Below, one piece after another: positions 1 through 13,012 of a DNA stretch of 64,000 nucleotides. Source of the stretch: Callorhinchus milii (taxonomy: Eukaryota); contig NW_024704742.1 of assembly GCF_018977255.1 (NCBI RefSeq), positions 14,448,001 to 14,512,000 on the forward strand. Direction: 5' to 3'. How positions within the stretch are numbered: position 1 is the stretch's first letter; the number at the start of each line of letters is the position of its first letter. Below the pieces are notes generated by a model. It saw nothing but the letters and a program-made list of their open reading frames with translations, searched no databases and was not told where the DNA came from. A program made the translations under genes and the position numbers.

Positions 1-1905
1 GCTCACGTTCCCTTGTTATCGGATTCCAGAGAAGCAATAATTTTTATCTATCTGTTTTGGCCAACAATCTCCACGTAAAATTGTTCATTGACTTCATTGT
101 TGTTTGTGGGACATTGATATGTATAAATTGTTTGCCACATTCAACTACAAAATATATAAGCGCTTTGGGATGTACTCTCAATGTGAAGTATATGAAATGC
201 AAGGATTGTTATTAACCTCTCAATAGCTTTCAGAATTTGAAGACCTCAATTAGATCCTCTGTTAATTTTCTTTGTGAAAACAGAACTTTTTTTAGCCTAT
301 TATTAAGAAATCAGTTCACAAATGACACACATTTTCCAGGTATCATTCTGAACAATTGGCATAATAATAATAATCCTTGCATTTGGTTTAGTGCCTTATC
401 ATGTTGGAAGGGTGTCTCAAAGCAATTTATAGGATTTACCATGAAATGGAGTGACTATATTTATAGGCAAATGTGGCAGCACAATTCCGCAAAGCAGTGT
501 CCCACAAAAAAACTAAATTGGTGCGTGACCAAGTTGTGGAAGTGCTGCCTTCTGCAGGTCGTTCATTGCTGCTTTTTCATTGTGAAAGAACCAAGTATCA
601 CAACAAGGAATCTCACCCACTGCCTTCCGGAACTGCACATGTGATTGGCAGCTGAATGCATTGAATTGGAGGTGCTCAAATCCCAGACATAACCTGGATT
701 CTGTGGCTCAAAACGAAAATGAAGTTTATCTCAGTGTCTTAGCTGACCATCATCCAGATAAAATTCAACATTCACCTCATGGCTGTGTGTTGGGCATTGC
801 TGTGTGCAAATTTGCTGTCTACAAATACGGTTATTTTACTATACAGTAAGTCCTGCGGAGCGCTTTGTGATGTTTGAATGATATGTTAAGGTGCTATCAA
901 ATGCAAATATGTCATATGTCAGAAATTGTGTCAGGGAGATTTAATGATTTTTAAAAGAATGCACTGAGAGAGGAAGCAAGGCAAAGCAATTTTGGAAGCA
1001 ATTTAGGAAGCAATAAAAAGCACCTGGAAGAGAAAGCTGGCTTAAGGTTACAGGTGTGACTCACTCACAGGAGAACTGAGCCTTTAAACAAAGACAATCA
1101 AGAGGAGAGATTCCACCCACTGCCCATTTTATTGAGTTGCTTTTGGCAGTATGGCGCCCTGAACTGTAAATTAACAGTGATAACATTCCAATTGTGCAGT
1201 AAAACTACCGGAGACCATCAACCCAGAAATACAGTGCTGTACTCTAATTTAAGTCCAAACAAATCAAGGGAAACAGGAAAATGGTGACTGAAAGCTCGAC
1301 CACAAATGATGGGACAGAAGGAGTGAGGAACAAACTTTAGATCCTCAGATTTGGAAAAGCCAAAAACGTCAATGAAACTCCCCACAAAGAAAGTTTGTTG
1401 TCTTGACTTCAAACCATTTCAACCTTCTGGAGAAATGGCACACAATGATGTGAAGCATGATAGGTTTGTTCAATATTAAACAATGTACAAAAAGTTTGCT
1501 GCCAACTTCTATCTCGATTGCCTGATACATTGGCGAGGAAACTTACTTTAAATTCCACATTGTACTCGATAAATTAAATCAATTCTCATTGTTTGATGTG
1601 TTAATAAATCTGAGGCCAGTCACGAGTGTGACAAACCAAATGCAGGTAAATCCATCATAATTGTAAAATTGTAGAATCATCGTAATTACTCCTTATAAAA
1701 GGCAGTTCCAGCTGCTCTATTAGGATTATGTAATTGCTGCTTGACTAAAGGTTTTCAGTTCCACTCCCCACCCAAATGATTCTTGATCACTGATATTAAT
1801 CCACGTGGATTACAAAATTACTGCTTTATCAAACCTAAACACAAATCGCTAATGTTGCTGCCAAATGGGACTTTTACTGCTAGAGACCTAGGTTTGATTC
1901 CTAGT

Positions 1906-2022
1906 GCAGTGAACACTGTCCTGAGACACAGCAGTGAGCACTGTCCTGACACAGCAGTGAGCACTGCCCTGAGACACAGCAGTGAGCACTGCCCTGAGAC
2001 AGCAGTGAGCACTGCCCTGAGA
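1906..2022. repeat. minisatellite, about 5 copies of a 23/25-bp unit GCAGTGAGCACTG(C/T)CCTGA(GA)CA(CA)
   Basis: Read directly; unit lengths 25, 23, 25, 23 and a partial 21. Confidence 0.92.
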
Positions 2023-2674
2023 TTGAAATCATCGAAAGATTACATAATAACCTGATAGGAATCCTTTAGCTCAGAGATGAGGAAAATGTCATCTCTGAAA
2101 TCTGCTTGGAATAAATAGTTTCTCGTTGTTTCGCATTTGTCCCAAAGCTCCTGTGAGGTGAATGTGCAGCACTGGTATAAATGGGACAGTACTAAACATT
2201 TGAAAAGAATAGTACAGCAAACTGAAACCTTATTGAAACCACGTTAACATAGGGCTTTAAGAATTTAACATGTTTAGTTGATAAGAACTGATTTAATTTT
2301 TATTTAGGTTTCAGTTATGCAAGTTTTTTAATGTCTGCTACAAAATGTTTACATTTTGGGACATATTAAATTGATACAATTTGTATCACTAATTTATTTT
2401 TTTTAAAAAGTGTGTTTGGACTTAAATTGTTGTAAAGTCCTGTATATCTGGGTTGATGGTTCATGAAGTGCTATCACTGTTAATTTACAGCTGAGGGCGC
2501 TACACTGTCAAAAGCAACACAATCGCATGGGCAGTGGGTAAAATCTCTCTCCTTGATTGTGTTTGTTGAAGATCCAGTTCTGCTGTGAGTGAGTCACAAC
2601 TGGAACCTTAACCCAGCTTTCTCTTCTCGGTACTGTTTATCTCAACAGGACTGTTTACTGTAAAGTCGATGTGC

Positions 2675-2685
2675 AATAAAATAAA
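2675..2685 (+). promoter_or_regulatory. candidate polyadenylation signal of a convergent plus-strand transcript
   Basis: Overlapping AATAAAATAAA after an AT/TGTA-rich stretch, followed by GT-rich sequence. Confidence 0.3.
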
Positions 2686-4069
2686 AAAAAACTCTTGAAT
2701 TGGTATCTCAGTTTTGATTACAGTGTCATATTTCTGTACAGTAATATCTCAGTATGCTATACTTCTACCGAATAATGAAACATTCTGCTAAATATAGTAT
2801 GATCTGCAATATGCATCTTGAGGCACCAAAAAATATTAATGAAAACAAACATAACCTGGTTGAGGAAGATGTTATTGAAATATTGAATTGGAACTTGTCA
2901 AATACAGTAAGTAAGTAATGAGAATTACTGTCAGTCATTTCAAATCTCAAGCCCAGCTGGGAAATGCATTACCATATTAACTCAAGTTCCATAATCTCAA
3001 GTCAAGTTAAAGTTAGAGCCATAAAAACTATCCATAAAAGAACATCATAAAAAAATGTACTAAGCGATGGTACAATCTGACATTCATCTGAGCCGTCAAC
3101 CCATTGAACCTTCAGTTTATATACCAAATTTGGTTCAGTCCAACATCACAAATTCACAGCTAAATAGAGAGACAGAAGAGAGAAACAAATTACACATGGA
3201 TTAAACGGTGGCTATGAGCCTGTTACATGTGGGATATAACAAGAACTTGACAAGAGGCAGTAATAGTTTGAGGGGCTTAGACAAAGTCATAAACCATAAC
3301 ACTTGTTGCTGTTCTTTACGGAGTGTACAACCGCAGTAGTTTCAATTGCGTTCATAACATGGGCTGTGTCATTACCCTGATTATGGTATGGGAGGATTTA
3401 CCGCCAGTGACAGTTGTTTGAGTTTTAAGCAGACAGTAGATGACTACAAGTATAACATATAATTCAGACTGAAGTGTTATTTTATATGTGATTGGTACAG
3501 CAATGTTATTGTACCATGTTTTGGATCCACACATAAATAGCCACTTTATGTTTTCTATAGAGCCAAGGGTACAGTATTTTCATGACGTAGTCCTATGTGT
3601 TGAAATTTGTGATCAAGCCAACGATTTAATAAAATGCTGAGGGTGGAATTTGGAGAATTTGTAAGTGAGGAAGAACAGTGCAAACAGGCCAAAATCACAC
3701 GAGAGACTTAAATGAGGTCATATCTGAAACGTTAACCTGTTTCTTTCAGGGGCTTTTTGATCTACTGTGTGTTTACAGCATTTTTAATTATAACTAAATA
3801 AGTTTTCTATGGAAGGGTTTCATCAGCAAGACGTAACTATGTGTTTAGTGGCTAGAATGTCTTAATTCAATGATATAGAATTGTTACCCATGTATGTTGG
3901 AAAGCATAGAGGAACTCTTGTTGCTCTTGACGGATCTGTATCATTGGACACCTCTGTATCACTGAACAGATGTTTAATATCACTCATTCAGTGTCAGATG
4001 GAAACCACTCTCACATGTGATGATGGAGCGATTTACTGTCAAATTAAAATCACTGTCACATTGTGACTC

Positions 4070-4460
4070 TCCAAAACTCTGTAGCCCTTGTCCTTTCCCA
4101 CACCCAGCTTTGCCAGCCTATCACTCCCAGCTCCATTGGATCCCCATTCCCCAGCGGATTGAATTCAAGATTTTTATTCTGACTTTTAATTATTTCAATG
4201 GTCTCACTCTGTGACCTCCTTAAATCCCACCAACCTAGCTGCTCCCTTTGCTCAGCAGGCACTGAATAGGCTTTTAGCCAATCTGCCAGCACTCTCTGAA
4301 ACTGCATCCTGGAGTTTCTCATTCAAGAACCACCTCAAGATGTACTTCTTTAACCGTGCTTTCGGACATCTTTCCCCTCCCCACCCCCTTCGACTCCCAC
4401 CCCCAGTTTATTGTTTAGCACCTTGGAACTTCCTCCTGATGTGAAAGGTACTATTTTAAA
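4070..4460 (+). mobile_element. L2-clade LINE 3' fragment
   Basis: Translates LHWIPIPQRIEFKI and SFKNHLK (L2 ORF2 C-terminus), followed by an L2-type tail. Confidence 0.8.
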
Positions 4461-5004
4461 TATATTATTTTATTACTTACTATCAGGTGATTCGATTCGT
4501 ATTTAGTGGCTTTGTCTCGTGTTTCTTTGAAATGATGGCGATATCTGATTTGCAATATTCACAAACCAGTTTATTGCATTAAAGTTCAAAAATGGAATTC
4601 AGTTCTCTGACCGCTCTCTGCATTTTGGCAGCTTTCAGAAATTGTCATTAGCAAATTAGAAGTCACAATTATTAACACTTCCCACTCCTGTTCAATGTGT
4701 TACAGCACATCAGTGAAGTAGTCAGATTGCATGGGCAAACATTATCTCTCTTGAGACCAAATACCTAGTGATTGCAATAGTGATGTGGGGATTGTGGTGG
4801 TATTGTTTACAAGAGATCGTCTCTTGGCTAATGTCACTCAGGAGGTTCATTAATGGATTGGTGGACCAATTTTGTTGACTTCTCCCCTTATTTGATGGCA
4901 AGAGTTTATCAAGGAGATGGGATGTATAAACAGTTTGGTCTGCAGTACAATGTGGCAGCTTTCAAGGGGACCAAATATAGATCCGTAAAAATAATTTTAC
5001 AAAA

Positions 5005-5390
5005 TTATCACCTTTAAATACCTCCACTGTCTTGCCCCACCCTACCTCTGTGTCCTGAGTACTGACCCAAACACTCCCTTTGCTCAGCAGACACTGGCCT
5101 GCTTCATGTACCATGGCTTCCCATCCCATCATTAGCGGTTTGAAAGTGCAGTCATGGAGCAGGCTGGTATTCGCTGAGCTGAGTGAATGGCTGGAGTGGT
5201 AGGAGGTCCTAGAGGTAAGGAAGGGCGAGGCCATAGAGGGATTTGGACATGAGGCTTTTTAATTCAATCCACTGATGGATGGGGAGCCAGTGGAGCCGTA
5301 TGAGGATGGGGTTGATAGGCTCACAGAGCCTGGTGTGGAGGATGAGCTGCAGATTTCTGTCTGATCTGCAGCTTGCGGATGGAAGAGTTG
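5005..5390. mobile_element. two L2 fragments in opposite orientation (about 5005-5125 plus, 5145-5390 minus)
   Basis: Both match the same ORF2 C-terminal segment seen at 31250-31440. Confidence 0.65.
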
Positions 5391-6199
5391 GTGGATGAAG
5401 TTCATCTTCAGGATTTATTGAACAATAAGCGCATTTGGGTAATGTGGCTTTTTAATAATGACGACAAATGAGTGTTGTTTCAATACAAGGCACTCACTTT
5501 TATTTGCAGGTTTCCATTAACATTAATAACAGGGCTGAAAATGTTCACAACGACATAGCAGAAAGGCATATTAGCCTCTGAACTAAAAGTTACTTAGCGC
5601 TCGCTCATTGACTCACTCAGTTCATTCCTCATCTTTAAAAAAATGTCAGCAAGAGGCATCATCACATTTTGCAAGTGACTGCACTGAAATGTTTGACGCC
5701 ATTTGCAAAGTACATTTACAAAACTAGAAGTTGGAATGCACTTCAAAAGTAATAATTTCAATAATTTTTAATAATTGTATTCCATACTCTTAGATGGAGA
5801 TTTTACTCCTTACAGATAATGCAGCAGAATGCTGCTTTGGCAAAGCATCACACTTCATCACTGCAGGATTTCATAACTCCAGAAAAATGTTTTTGTGTAG
5901 CTTACAAATTGAAAAGTTACTCTTTGAAAGTTCAATTTTTTGTTTTATTCATTTAATGGAAGTCAGGAAAAACTTTGATATATTAGGGTCTAAAACATGT
6001 CAATTTCAAGTAGGATTCTTTTAACAAAGGAAAACAGAAAAATCTTACACTGACTCGTGGGACCTCCCTCCGATGATAGGTACTTTTGGAGTGGAGTTCC
6101 CTGTCAGGTAGCGTGACCTACTTCGATTTCATGGGAGGAAACCCCACTCAAATTTCTTAATCAACGAATTAGTGTATACTGGCTGTATATTTTGTGGGC

Positions 6200-6505
6200 G
6201 AACCTGACAAGTCAATTTGTGCACATAAATGTCCCACAACAGCTATGGAGTGTGTGATCTATTTTATTTGGGGATATTTGGCCAGGAGCAACACCCTTCG
6301 CTTTTTGATAGGTGTCATGGGATCTTTAACATCCATCTGGACAGGCAGACGGGACCTTAGTTTAATGTTTCTTCAAAAGGTCAGCACCTCTGACATGCCC
6401 AGGAAAAGTACTGGAGCGTCAGCATAGACTATATGGTTCCAGATCTCGAAGTGATTTCTGACTCCAATATGAGAGTACTACAAATAGAGCAAGACTGGCA
6501 CTAAT
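6200..6505 (-). mobile_element. DeuSINE-like (SacSINE1-type) SINE, degraded
   Basis: Reverse complement has Deu-core-like GAGGTGCTGACCTTTTGAAGAAACATTAAAC...TAAAGATCCCATGAC; homologous to 38885-39260. Confidence 0.7.
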
Positions 6506-6789
6506 TAAGGAAGCCTGCTTGAAATCATCACATTTTAGAATCCATTGTTTGAGTGCTTAAACGGCTCACCAATTGTGTAATTTTTACCTTTCAGACACCC
6601 TAGCACAAATTTGCTTTAAGGGAATCCAACCAATTGAAGCAACTTTTCATGACAAATGAGACTGACTGTGAGTCAATGTTTTTTTAGAATCTCTCCTCTG
6701 TTCATTCCCCACCCCCACATCACCCAACAAAGTCAGCATTGTTTCCCTCACGTTCGACCTTCCTGCTTTCCTGTAAGGCAGTATCTTTT

Positions 6790-7111
6790 GCTGGGTGCCC
6801 TCTGGTACACTGCCCAAGGGACCGTTCTTCATGTGTGAGCCTTGGCAGTGTTGGCAGGTTGTCTGACCTTGTAGGATCCTGATCTGAGCCCGATTATTTG
6901 ACATCCACCCACACGTGTACTTTAGAGAAGGGATCACAAAAAAGCCCTTGACAGATTTCCCCCCTCCCTAGACCTGAGGCACTGAGGACAATTGCAATGC
7001 CCCGACTGAGATCAGCTAAGCCAGCATAGCCAGGGATCAACCTTCTGGTATGTGTGGCTCAGTTTCAGATGGAGATGTTGTATTTATCAACTGAGCCAGA
7101 GGAGTAGCTCC
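6790..7111 (-). mobile_element. AmnSINE2-like SINE, near full length
   Basis: Reverse complement contains CTGAGCCAC..ACCAGAAGG, TTAGCTGATCTCAG, CCTCAGTGCC..CTAGGGAGGGG and GGCTCACACATGAAGAA..GTACCAGAGGG, matching the AmnSINE2 consensus as I remember it. Confidence 0.65.
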
Positions 7112-7379
7112 AAAACATGTGGTTAATCCAGTGGAAGAGCTGGACATTTGCCAAAATAAACTCCCCTCAAGTTATCCTATAAAATATTTTGTTTTGCCCC
7201 CAAAATACAGCCAATTCTCTTTGGAGTACATTCAAAGCACTCTGAGACGTCTCAATGATGTGATAAGGAACTATATCAAATGCAAGGATTATTATTATCC
7301 AGCTGTGACATACAATCACAGTAAACTAACTGTGGTTGCAACATTAAGTTTGTTCATCCTCGCCTCAACAAAAGATGTC

Positions 7380-7385
7380 TTTATT
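7380..7385 (-). promoter_or_regulatory. candidate distal polyadenylation signal of SEC24D
   Basis: TGTAATAAA on minus, ending an AT-rich, TGTA-rich, apparently repeat-free block (7390-7730), with GT/T-rich sequence downstream. Confidence 0.5.
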
Positions 7386-9023
7386 ACAATCTGAAAATTA
7401 ATATAAATGAATGGATATGTATTCAGAAATTTTACCTATCATTAAAGTTTGTATTACCGTATATATATTTACCACAGTTACTGTATGGCATACAACTTAC
7501 ACAATGCAAAGAAACAAATGTAAGTAATCTGTTTATATCATATCATGTTAGCATTTGTTACAACTCACGTATACATATTTTAATACAGTACTTTTTTTTA
7601 CTTTCAATTGTACCTTAAATCCATGTGACTGATCTGCAGGATGATGCTTTGAAAAGAGGTTATTTGCAATGTTAATTCTTAACACGTAATACTGTACTTA
7701 GGAAAGGTCAAAACACTACATTACATACATAACAGAGTGTGATCCTGAACCGAAAAGGCAGTAACAATCAGAGACAGAAATCCAATCTACACAACGTGAG
7801 TAATATATCTTTGGAAAATGACAACCACATGCTGTGATAAGGCTGCAAAGTAAACTCAGCACATTGTCAATGACTGATAATGAAGAAACACAGGACAGAC
7901 GCACATTGAGCGAGTGAGCTATCTATGCTTTTTAAATGTCTGAGGTTAGCACACAAACATTTTTTTATATTCAGGGCTATGATTTAAGAAAGATCCTAAC
8001 ATTTGTACATTTCTCTAATTCTACTTTTGTTTAGTAAAAGATTTACAGGAAACTGTTTTTGTGGTTGATATAGGATAGTAAAGGTTATTTACTTTGAAAG
8101 CATTTTGGGACAATGAAGAATTACCATGGAAGTCAATGGATCATAAGATTGGTTTGCCCATCGTCCCATTTGATCTCATCCTTCCACAACACCTGACTTA
8201 CATTTTTCCCATCACAGCATCAAGCTGTTTTTTTTAAATGGTCATGGTTTCAACCACCCTTCTTGGCAAATCCCAGATAAAACTATAGGGTCTAGTGCAA
8301 AGAGTAAATTATTACAATGCACTAACATTGGGGTATATTTGTATTTAAACAATTATTTTAGCAGAATAGAAATAGGAGGCCATTTAGCCTTTTGCAGCCT
8401 GTTCTGACATTTTATTATGACAGTACTTGTAGTCCCATTCTCCTACCTTTTATCCACATCCCTTTATACTTTACTTCCCAAATAATTTTGTCTCCCTTAT
8501 AAACTTCTCAATCAACTTTGTAGGAATGTCGAGAACCCAATCTTGGAAATGACTGGGTCCAATAATTGTCAAATCTAAATCTAACGTTAGCTGCTAATGA
8601 TTCAATCTCAGCTAGTTGCTTTTCATCCCGTGAAATGTTCAAAGATCATGGCAGTCATCTGCAGTGGGATTGCTACAAGTGTTAAGTAACCTCCATCAAA
8701 TTGGCACCACACTTGCATACTTGGAATGACTTCCCTTCTGCTGATTACAGTATTTCTTTGGTGCAGAGGATTTAGTGAACTCCCACATTCCACAAGTGAT
8801 TTAGAACTGGATGTTAGGCTACAGAACTAAACAAATAAAACTACAGTTTTACTGGAGAGGTTGCTCTCTGTTTTACAAGTTTGATTGTTTGCAGCAAAAT
8901 ATGTTGACATCACAGTGAAGAAGTGTGGCTTAGAAGGTTTAGCTTTGGTAAGACTGCATATACAGGGATGGAGATACGGAGCACTAGCATTGCGCATTAT
9001 ATATATATTTTAACATAGACCAT

Positions 9024-9029
9024 TTTATT
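9024..9029 (-). promoter_or_regulatory. candidate proximal polyadenylation signal of SEC24D
   Basis: AATAAA on the minus strand about 240 nt after the stop codon. Confidence 0.4.
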
Positions 9030-9266
9030 ATCAAAGACATTTTTGGTTAAAATAACTGAGTTGTTATAAAATAGTAAATGCTAGGTTTCCAGTAGGTTTA
9101 AAAACAGGTTTTCTCATAAGAAAACTTGAGTCCTGTCAACGGAAGTATTTAAATGAATCAGGTGATGCATAATTTAAACTTGCTTAAATCGCACAGTTCC
9201 TTTTTGCTGAATGATAGATCAGTAAGGCAATCACTCAACAGTTTGAGTTGCAGTGGGAGGGAGGGT

Positions 9267-9407
9267 TTAGGTGAGGAGTTGACGGATCTCTTTGTGGACA
9301 TAACAGAGAAAATCGACGTAGGAAGCTCCTCCATACAGCCCTTTGTCTTCCACCAGGAACTGCCTGAAGATCATATCTGGTTTATCTTTTTGCTTTACTA
9401 TCACCAG
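9267..9407 (-). CDS. SEC24D: SEC24D last coding exon (141 nt): [46 protein letters not shown]
   Basis: Acceptor tacag|CTG; TAA at 9267-9269; canonical Sec24 C-terminus SYVDFL..HKEI. Confidence 0.96.
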   Translation of the reverse strand: MVIVKQKDKPDMIFRQFLVEDKGLYGGASYVDFLCYVHKEIRQLLT

Positions 9408-10768
9408 CTGTAGATAAAAGGAATGGACAATCAGACTTTCTGATAGAATCCATGCTCGGTTTGGTTACAATCTGAAGAACGTTTCATTTAAGACAGAAAT
9501 AACTCAAAACTATTAAAATATGTTGCAAGGTTTTGAAATATTTAAAGCTTGAGACAGACATCGCTGTGATTAATGTGGAACAACATTGCCAAATGCTGAA
9601 TATTTATGGCTCAAGTCAAAAAATATTAAAATCAAAAGATTTTAAAAATATCAGCAAAACAGGAATGACTTTCACCGAGTTTTTCCGAATAAACACCAAT
9701 GGATATTTCAATGTGCAATGGGGATGATTCTATTCTAATGCTGTCACATATGTACAAGTATTCTCTTTCATTTTCCCCTCCTGTCCAGCTATTTTCTCAC
9801 TCTTTTCGAGTCTCGTTGAGTTGCATACCAACTGAGGCCAAAGGGCAGGCAGGAGCTAAGGGAGGAGGACAGCAAATGGATAATTTTTTGACAAAAGAAA
9901 CAAGGGGGATTAGAGATGGGAGTATCGTGTTATTTCTGAATTTGGGGACTGGCCAGATGGACTGCAATTGTCTTTTTCACTCCTGTATATTCTCGTATTT
10001 CAAAATATACATTATTATTCTTCGCACAAAAGCAATTCCAGCTGCACCTTCCGTACCATATCAGTTTTCCTTGTTGCAAAGGTTGTATTTCCCATCAGAC
10101 AAAATATGAATTAGTGACAGTGCCCTTCGCTTGATCGCTTTGAAGCTTCCCATTTTTAACGCAAGATATAATGGGCTTTAAATATTTAACTTGGCTCTGA
10201 AACTATTATAAAGGATCCCATTTGTGATTGGTATACTACATAGGACCTTACAGCATGCAAACAGGTCACTTTGGCCCAACTTGTCCTTGTCGGTTTTATA
10301 CTCCACAGCAGTCAAACCTCCTAATTTCCTCTCCTATATTCTCTTCTCTCTCACGAATACATTAAATTTCTTCTTCATTATCTTGATGTTCTCTGCTTCA
10401 ATGAAAGCTTCCAGCAGTGAATTCTACTTTCTCACCATGCTCTTGAGATTAGTTGCCATATTTGCCTACATAAGAGTCACCAACTTGAAAAAAATTCACT
10501 GTGCGAAGGTCTTTGAGATGTTTCAATGTGATGTGATATATTATCAAATCCAAGGATTATATGTTATTGGTAACGTGTAAAAAAAACAACAAATGAAGTA
10601 ATAAAACTCAGAACCGAGTGACTCACACGTGTGGTTCCCTAACACCCCACAATCTGATTAAGAATCAACTGTTCTGAAATCTTGGTCCTAGTGTTGATGG
10701 TGTAAAATAATGTAATTGTTTCTTGAAGAGACGATACACGAATTGATCCTTTAAACCTCTTTACTTAC

Positions 10769-10858
10769 TTTCATAGAACGAGGACTCTGCCTCCTCAGGC
10801 TGTCAATGATCGACCTGAGCTTCTTTGAATATGGGCTTTTCACTTCAGGCAATAAAGT
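10769..10858 (-). CDS. SEC24D: SEC24D exon N (90 nt): TLLPEVKSPYSKKLRSIIDSLRRQSPRSMK
   Basis: Acceptor tacag|ACT, donor AAA|gtaagt. Confidence 0.94.
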
Positions 10859-11191
10859 CTGTAATGAAAATAAAAGCTACTTCTTAGGCACAGACTGAAG
10901 CACTGAGTAGCATACCTAAAATGGGGAATGTTTGGTTCTTCCAAAGAGCCAGCACAGACATCTCAGGCCAAAAGGCCTTCTTCTGTGCTGTGCATTTTTG
11001 TGGTTCTATAGTTCACTGAGATTGAAACTCAGATTGCAAAGGGCAGGGGGGGTTATATTACTTTCCACAACTTTAACAACAACAAAATGACATTTGTAAA
11101 GCGCCTTTCATGTCGGGAGGACGTCCCAAGGCGCTGAAGTAAATAAAGAGTTAACCATGAATGTTAAAAACCTTTTGTAGGTGTTACTTAC

Positions 11192-11383
11192 AATATCTGT
11201 GTTGATATGTGCGAAGGAGGGTACATTAAAAATGCTTTGTATTAATTCAGGCTGTGAACTCAGTCCCAGCCAGAGAAACATATTGATCCCATTTTCCAGC
11301 AGAAATATTCCTCCGTCAGATAAACGCTCTTCCGAGCAACGGACAGCAGAGGGAAAGTCTTCACTCTTCACATCCATGTTGTG
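11192..11383 (-). CDS. SEC24D: SEC24D exon M (192 nt): [64 protein letters not shown]
   Basis: Acceptor gccag|CAC, donor ATT|gtaagt; gelsolin-like domain. Confidence 0.96.
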
Positions 11384-12169
11384 CTGGCATTAAAGAAAGA
11401 AGAGTGCTTAAGCCGATATAGTTCACAGTATAGTTTCATCAATTATACATTCTTACATCAGAATGCTAACTTGATCAGGGAACAGTTGACAAACATTCAC
11501 AATTCTTAATTTCTTCTTTTGAACCATTAAGAGTTTTATTTTTGGCTGTAACTCAATTCACGGTTCGGGACTATTTGAAAAATAAAGCAGACTCCCAAGT
11601 TCTCATAGCTTATTCATTATTCATGAAAGAAACTCCAAAGCGTGTATATTTTGACAGGCTTTCTGCCTTACTTCAAATCCTCCCAGAATAAAAATATACT
11701 TAAGCAGATAAAGCTGTTAACTCTGCTCCTACCTTTGTATATGCTGCAAGGTAACAACATCAATTTGAAAGCTCAGTTGCCCAGAACTAAACTCAACCAT
11801 ATTGAGCCAGAAGGTTTAAATTACAATCCTATAATCGCAAGACGTCCAAATGTGCTTTGTGGGATTTTCTGCAAACTGTAGTAACTATGTATTTTGTAGG
11901 CAATCCCAGGAACCAATTTATGTGAAGCAATGTATCACAAATGGCCCCATGATTGAATAACCTGACAATGTACATGTTCCGTGCTGACATTAAATTCAAG
12001 CCTGTTTAAGTGCAGTCGGGTAAAACATTTAACTCTAATAGAAAGCCCATAAATAAAATGCTCCTTTTGTGTCAGACTGCCGTCAGATAGAGCCTAACTC
12101 TGAACAAAGGCATGAACTAAATAAGTTTTCTGCAAATTAATTTCTTTCCTCTTGAATAACTGTACTTAC

Positions 12170-12349
12170 AATTGGTAACAGTTGTGGATAGAAAAATGAT
12201 TGTGTGCTAGAAACATCCATAGAAGTGACCAATAGCCTTTGGAAACCTCGTTCATCTGTAGAAAGGTCAGGGCTCCCAAGCAGAACATAACTTTTCAGGA
12301 GACAGTTCATGTAGACTGGCAACAGCTTCATGGCCTCAGGAAGAATGAG
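12170..12349 (-). CDS. SEC24D: SEC24D exon L (180 nt): [60 protein letters not shown]
   Basis: Acceptor cttag|CTC, donor ATT|gtaagt; starts with the LIL motif of SEC24C/D. Confidence 0.96.
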
Positions 12350-12887
12350 CTAAGAGTCAAAAACAACAACATCCTTCAATAACAAAACTCTTCGGGACAA
12401 TAGAGCAGATCTTGTTTTTATTTAATCTGCCACAAATTACTTGGCGATGCAAGACCAGAGATTCAACTACACATTTCAGACTTGAGAAACAGCTTTTTTT
12501 CATGTAAACCATTTCCGATGTTAAGTATTAGTTAGTATCTAGTACTCTGAAGTCTGTCCTGTCAAATACAGCATATGGCTTGAAAGCAGTCTGGGGATCT
12601 TCTGGGTGACAAGGACAGGAAATCAGAAAAGCGCCTTCATGTCTGGCTTTGCAGTTTAAGCTTCCAATCTATCTAACCAATACTGGAGATGATAAGATTA
12701 TTGTAATGAAACTGAACAGAAACCAATATTTTAGCCTCAAGATATTTTAAACATGGATTTATTCTGAAAAGCTCAGGGTCACCCAGAGCACAACTTTGAA
12801 ATCTTTACAACATACCAACTAGCATGTGTCATGTCTTTATTAGTCCTATATCAGCCAAATAAATGAGGTAGATAGCATTACATATAC

Positions 12888-13012
12888 TCGCCCACAAATA
12901 TACAGTCAATTCACTTTACAGTATAAAGAGGAGAGACTTCTGTGAAGCGCTTTGAGACATCTAGAAGACACGAAAAGCACTACATCAAATGCAAGGATTA
13001 TTATTATTATTA
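12888..13012 (+). mobile_element. 3' part of the tRNA-Ala-headed SINE
   Basis: Matches 20912-21026 and ends in a (TAT)n tail. Confidence 0.8.

Noticed and set aside
1906..2022. CRISPR-like array of palindromic repeats
   Set aside because: Units are directly tandem with no unique spacers, there are no cas genes, and the context is vertebrate.
1..2150. METTL14 or other coding exons at the left edge
   Set aside because: No frame resembles the METTL14 C-terminus; the region is mostly SINE tails and AT-rich sequence.
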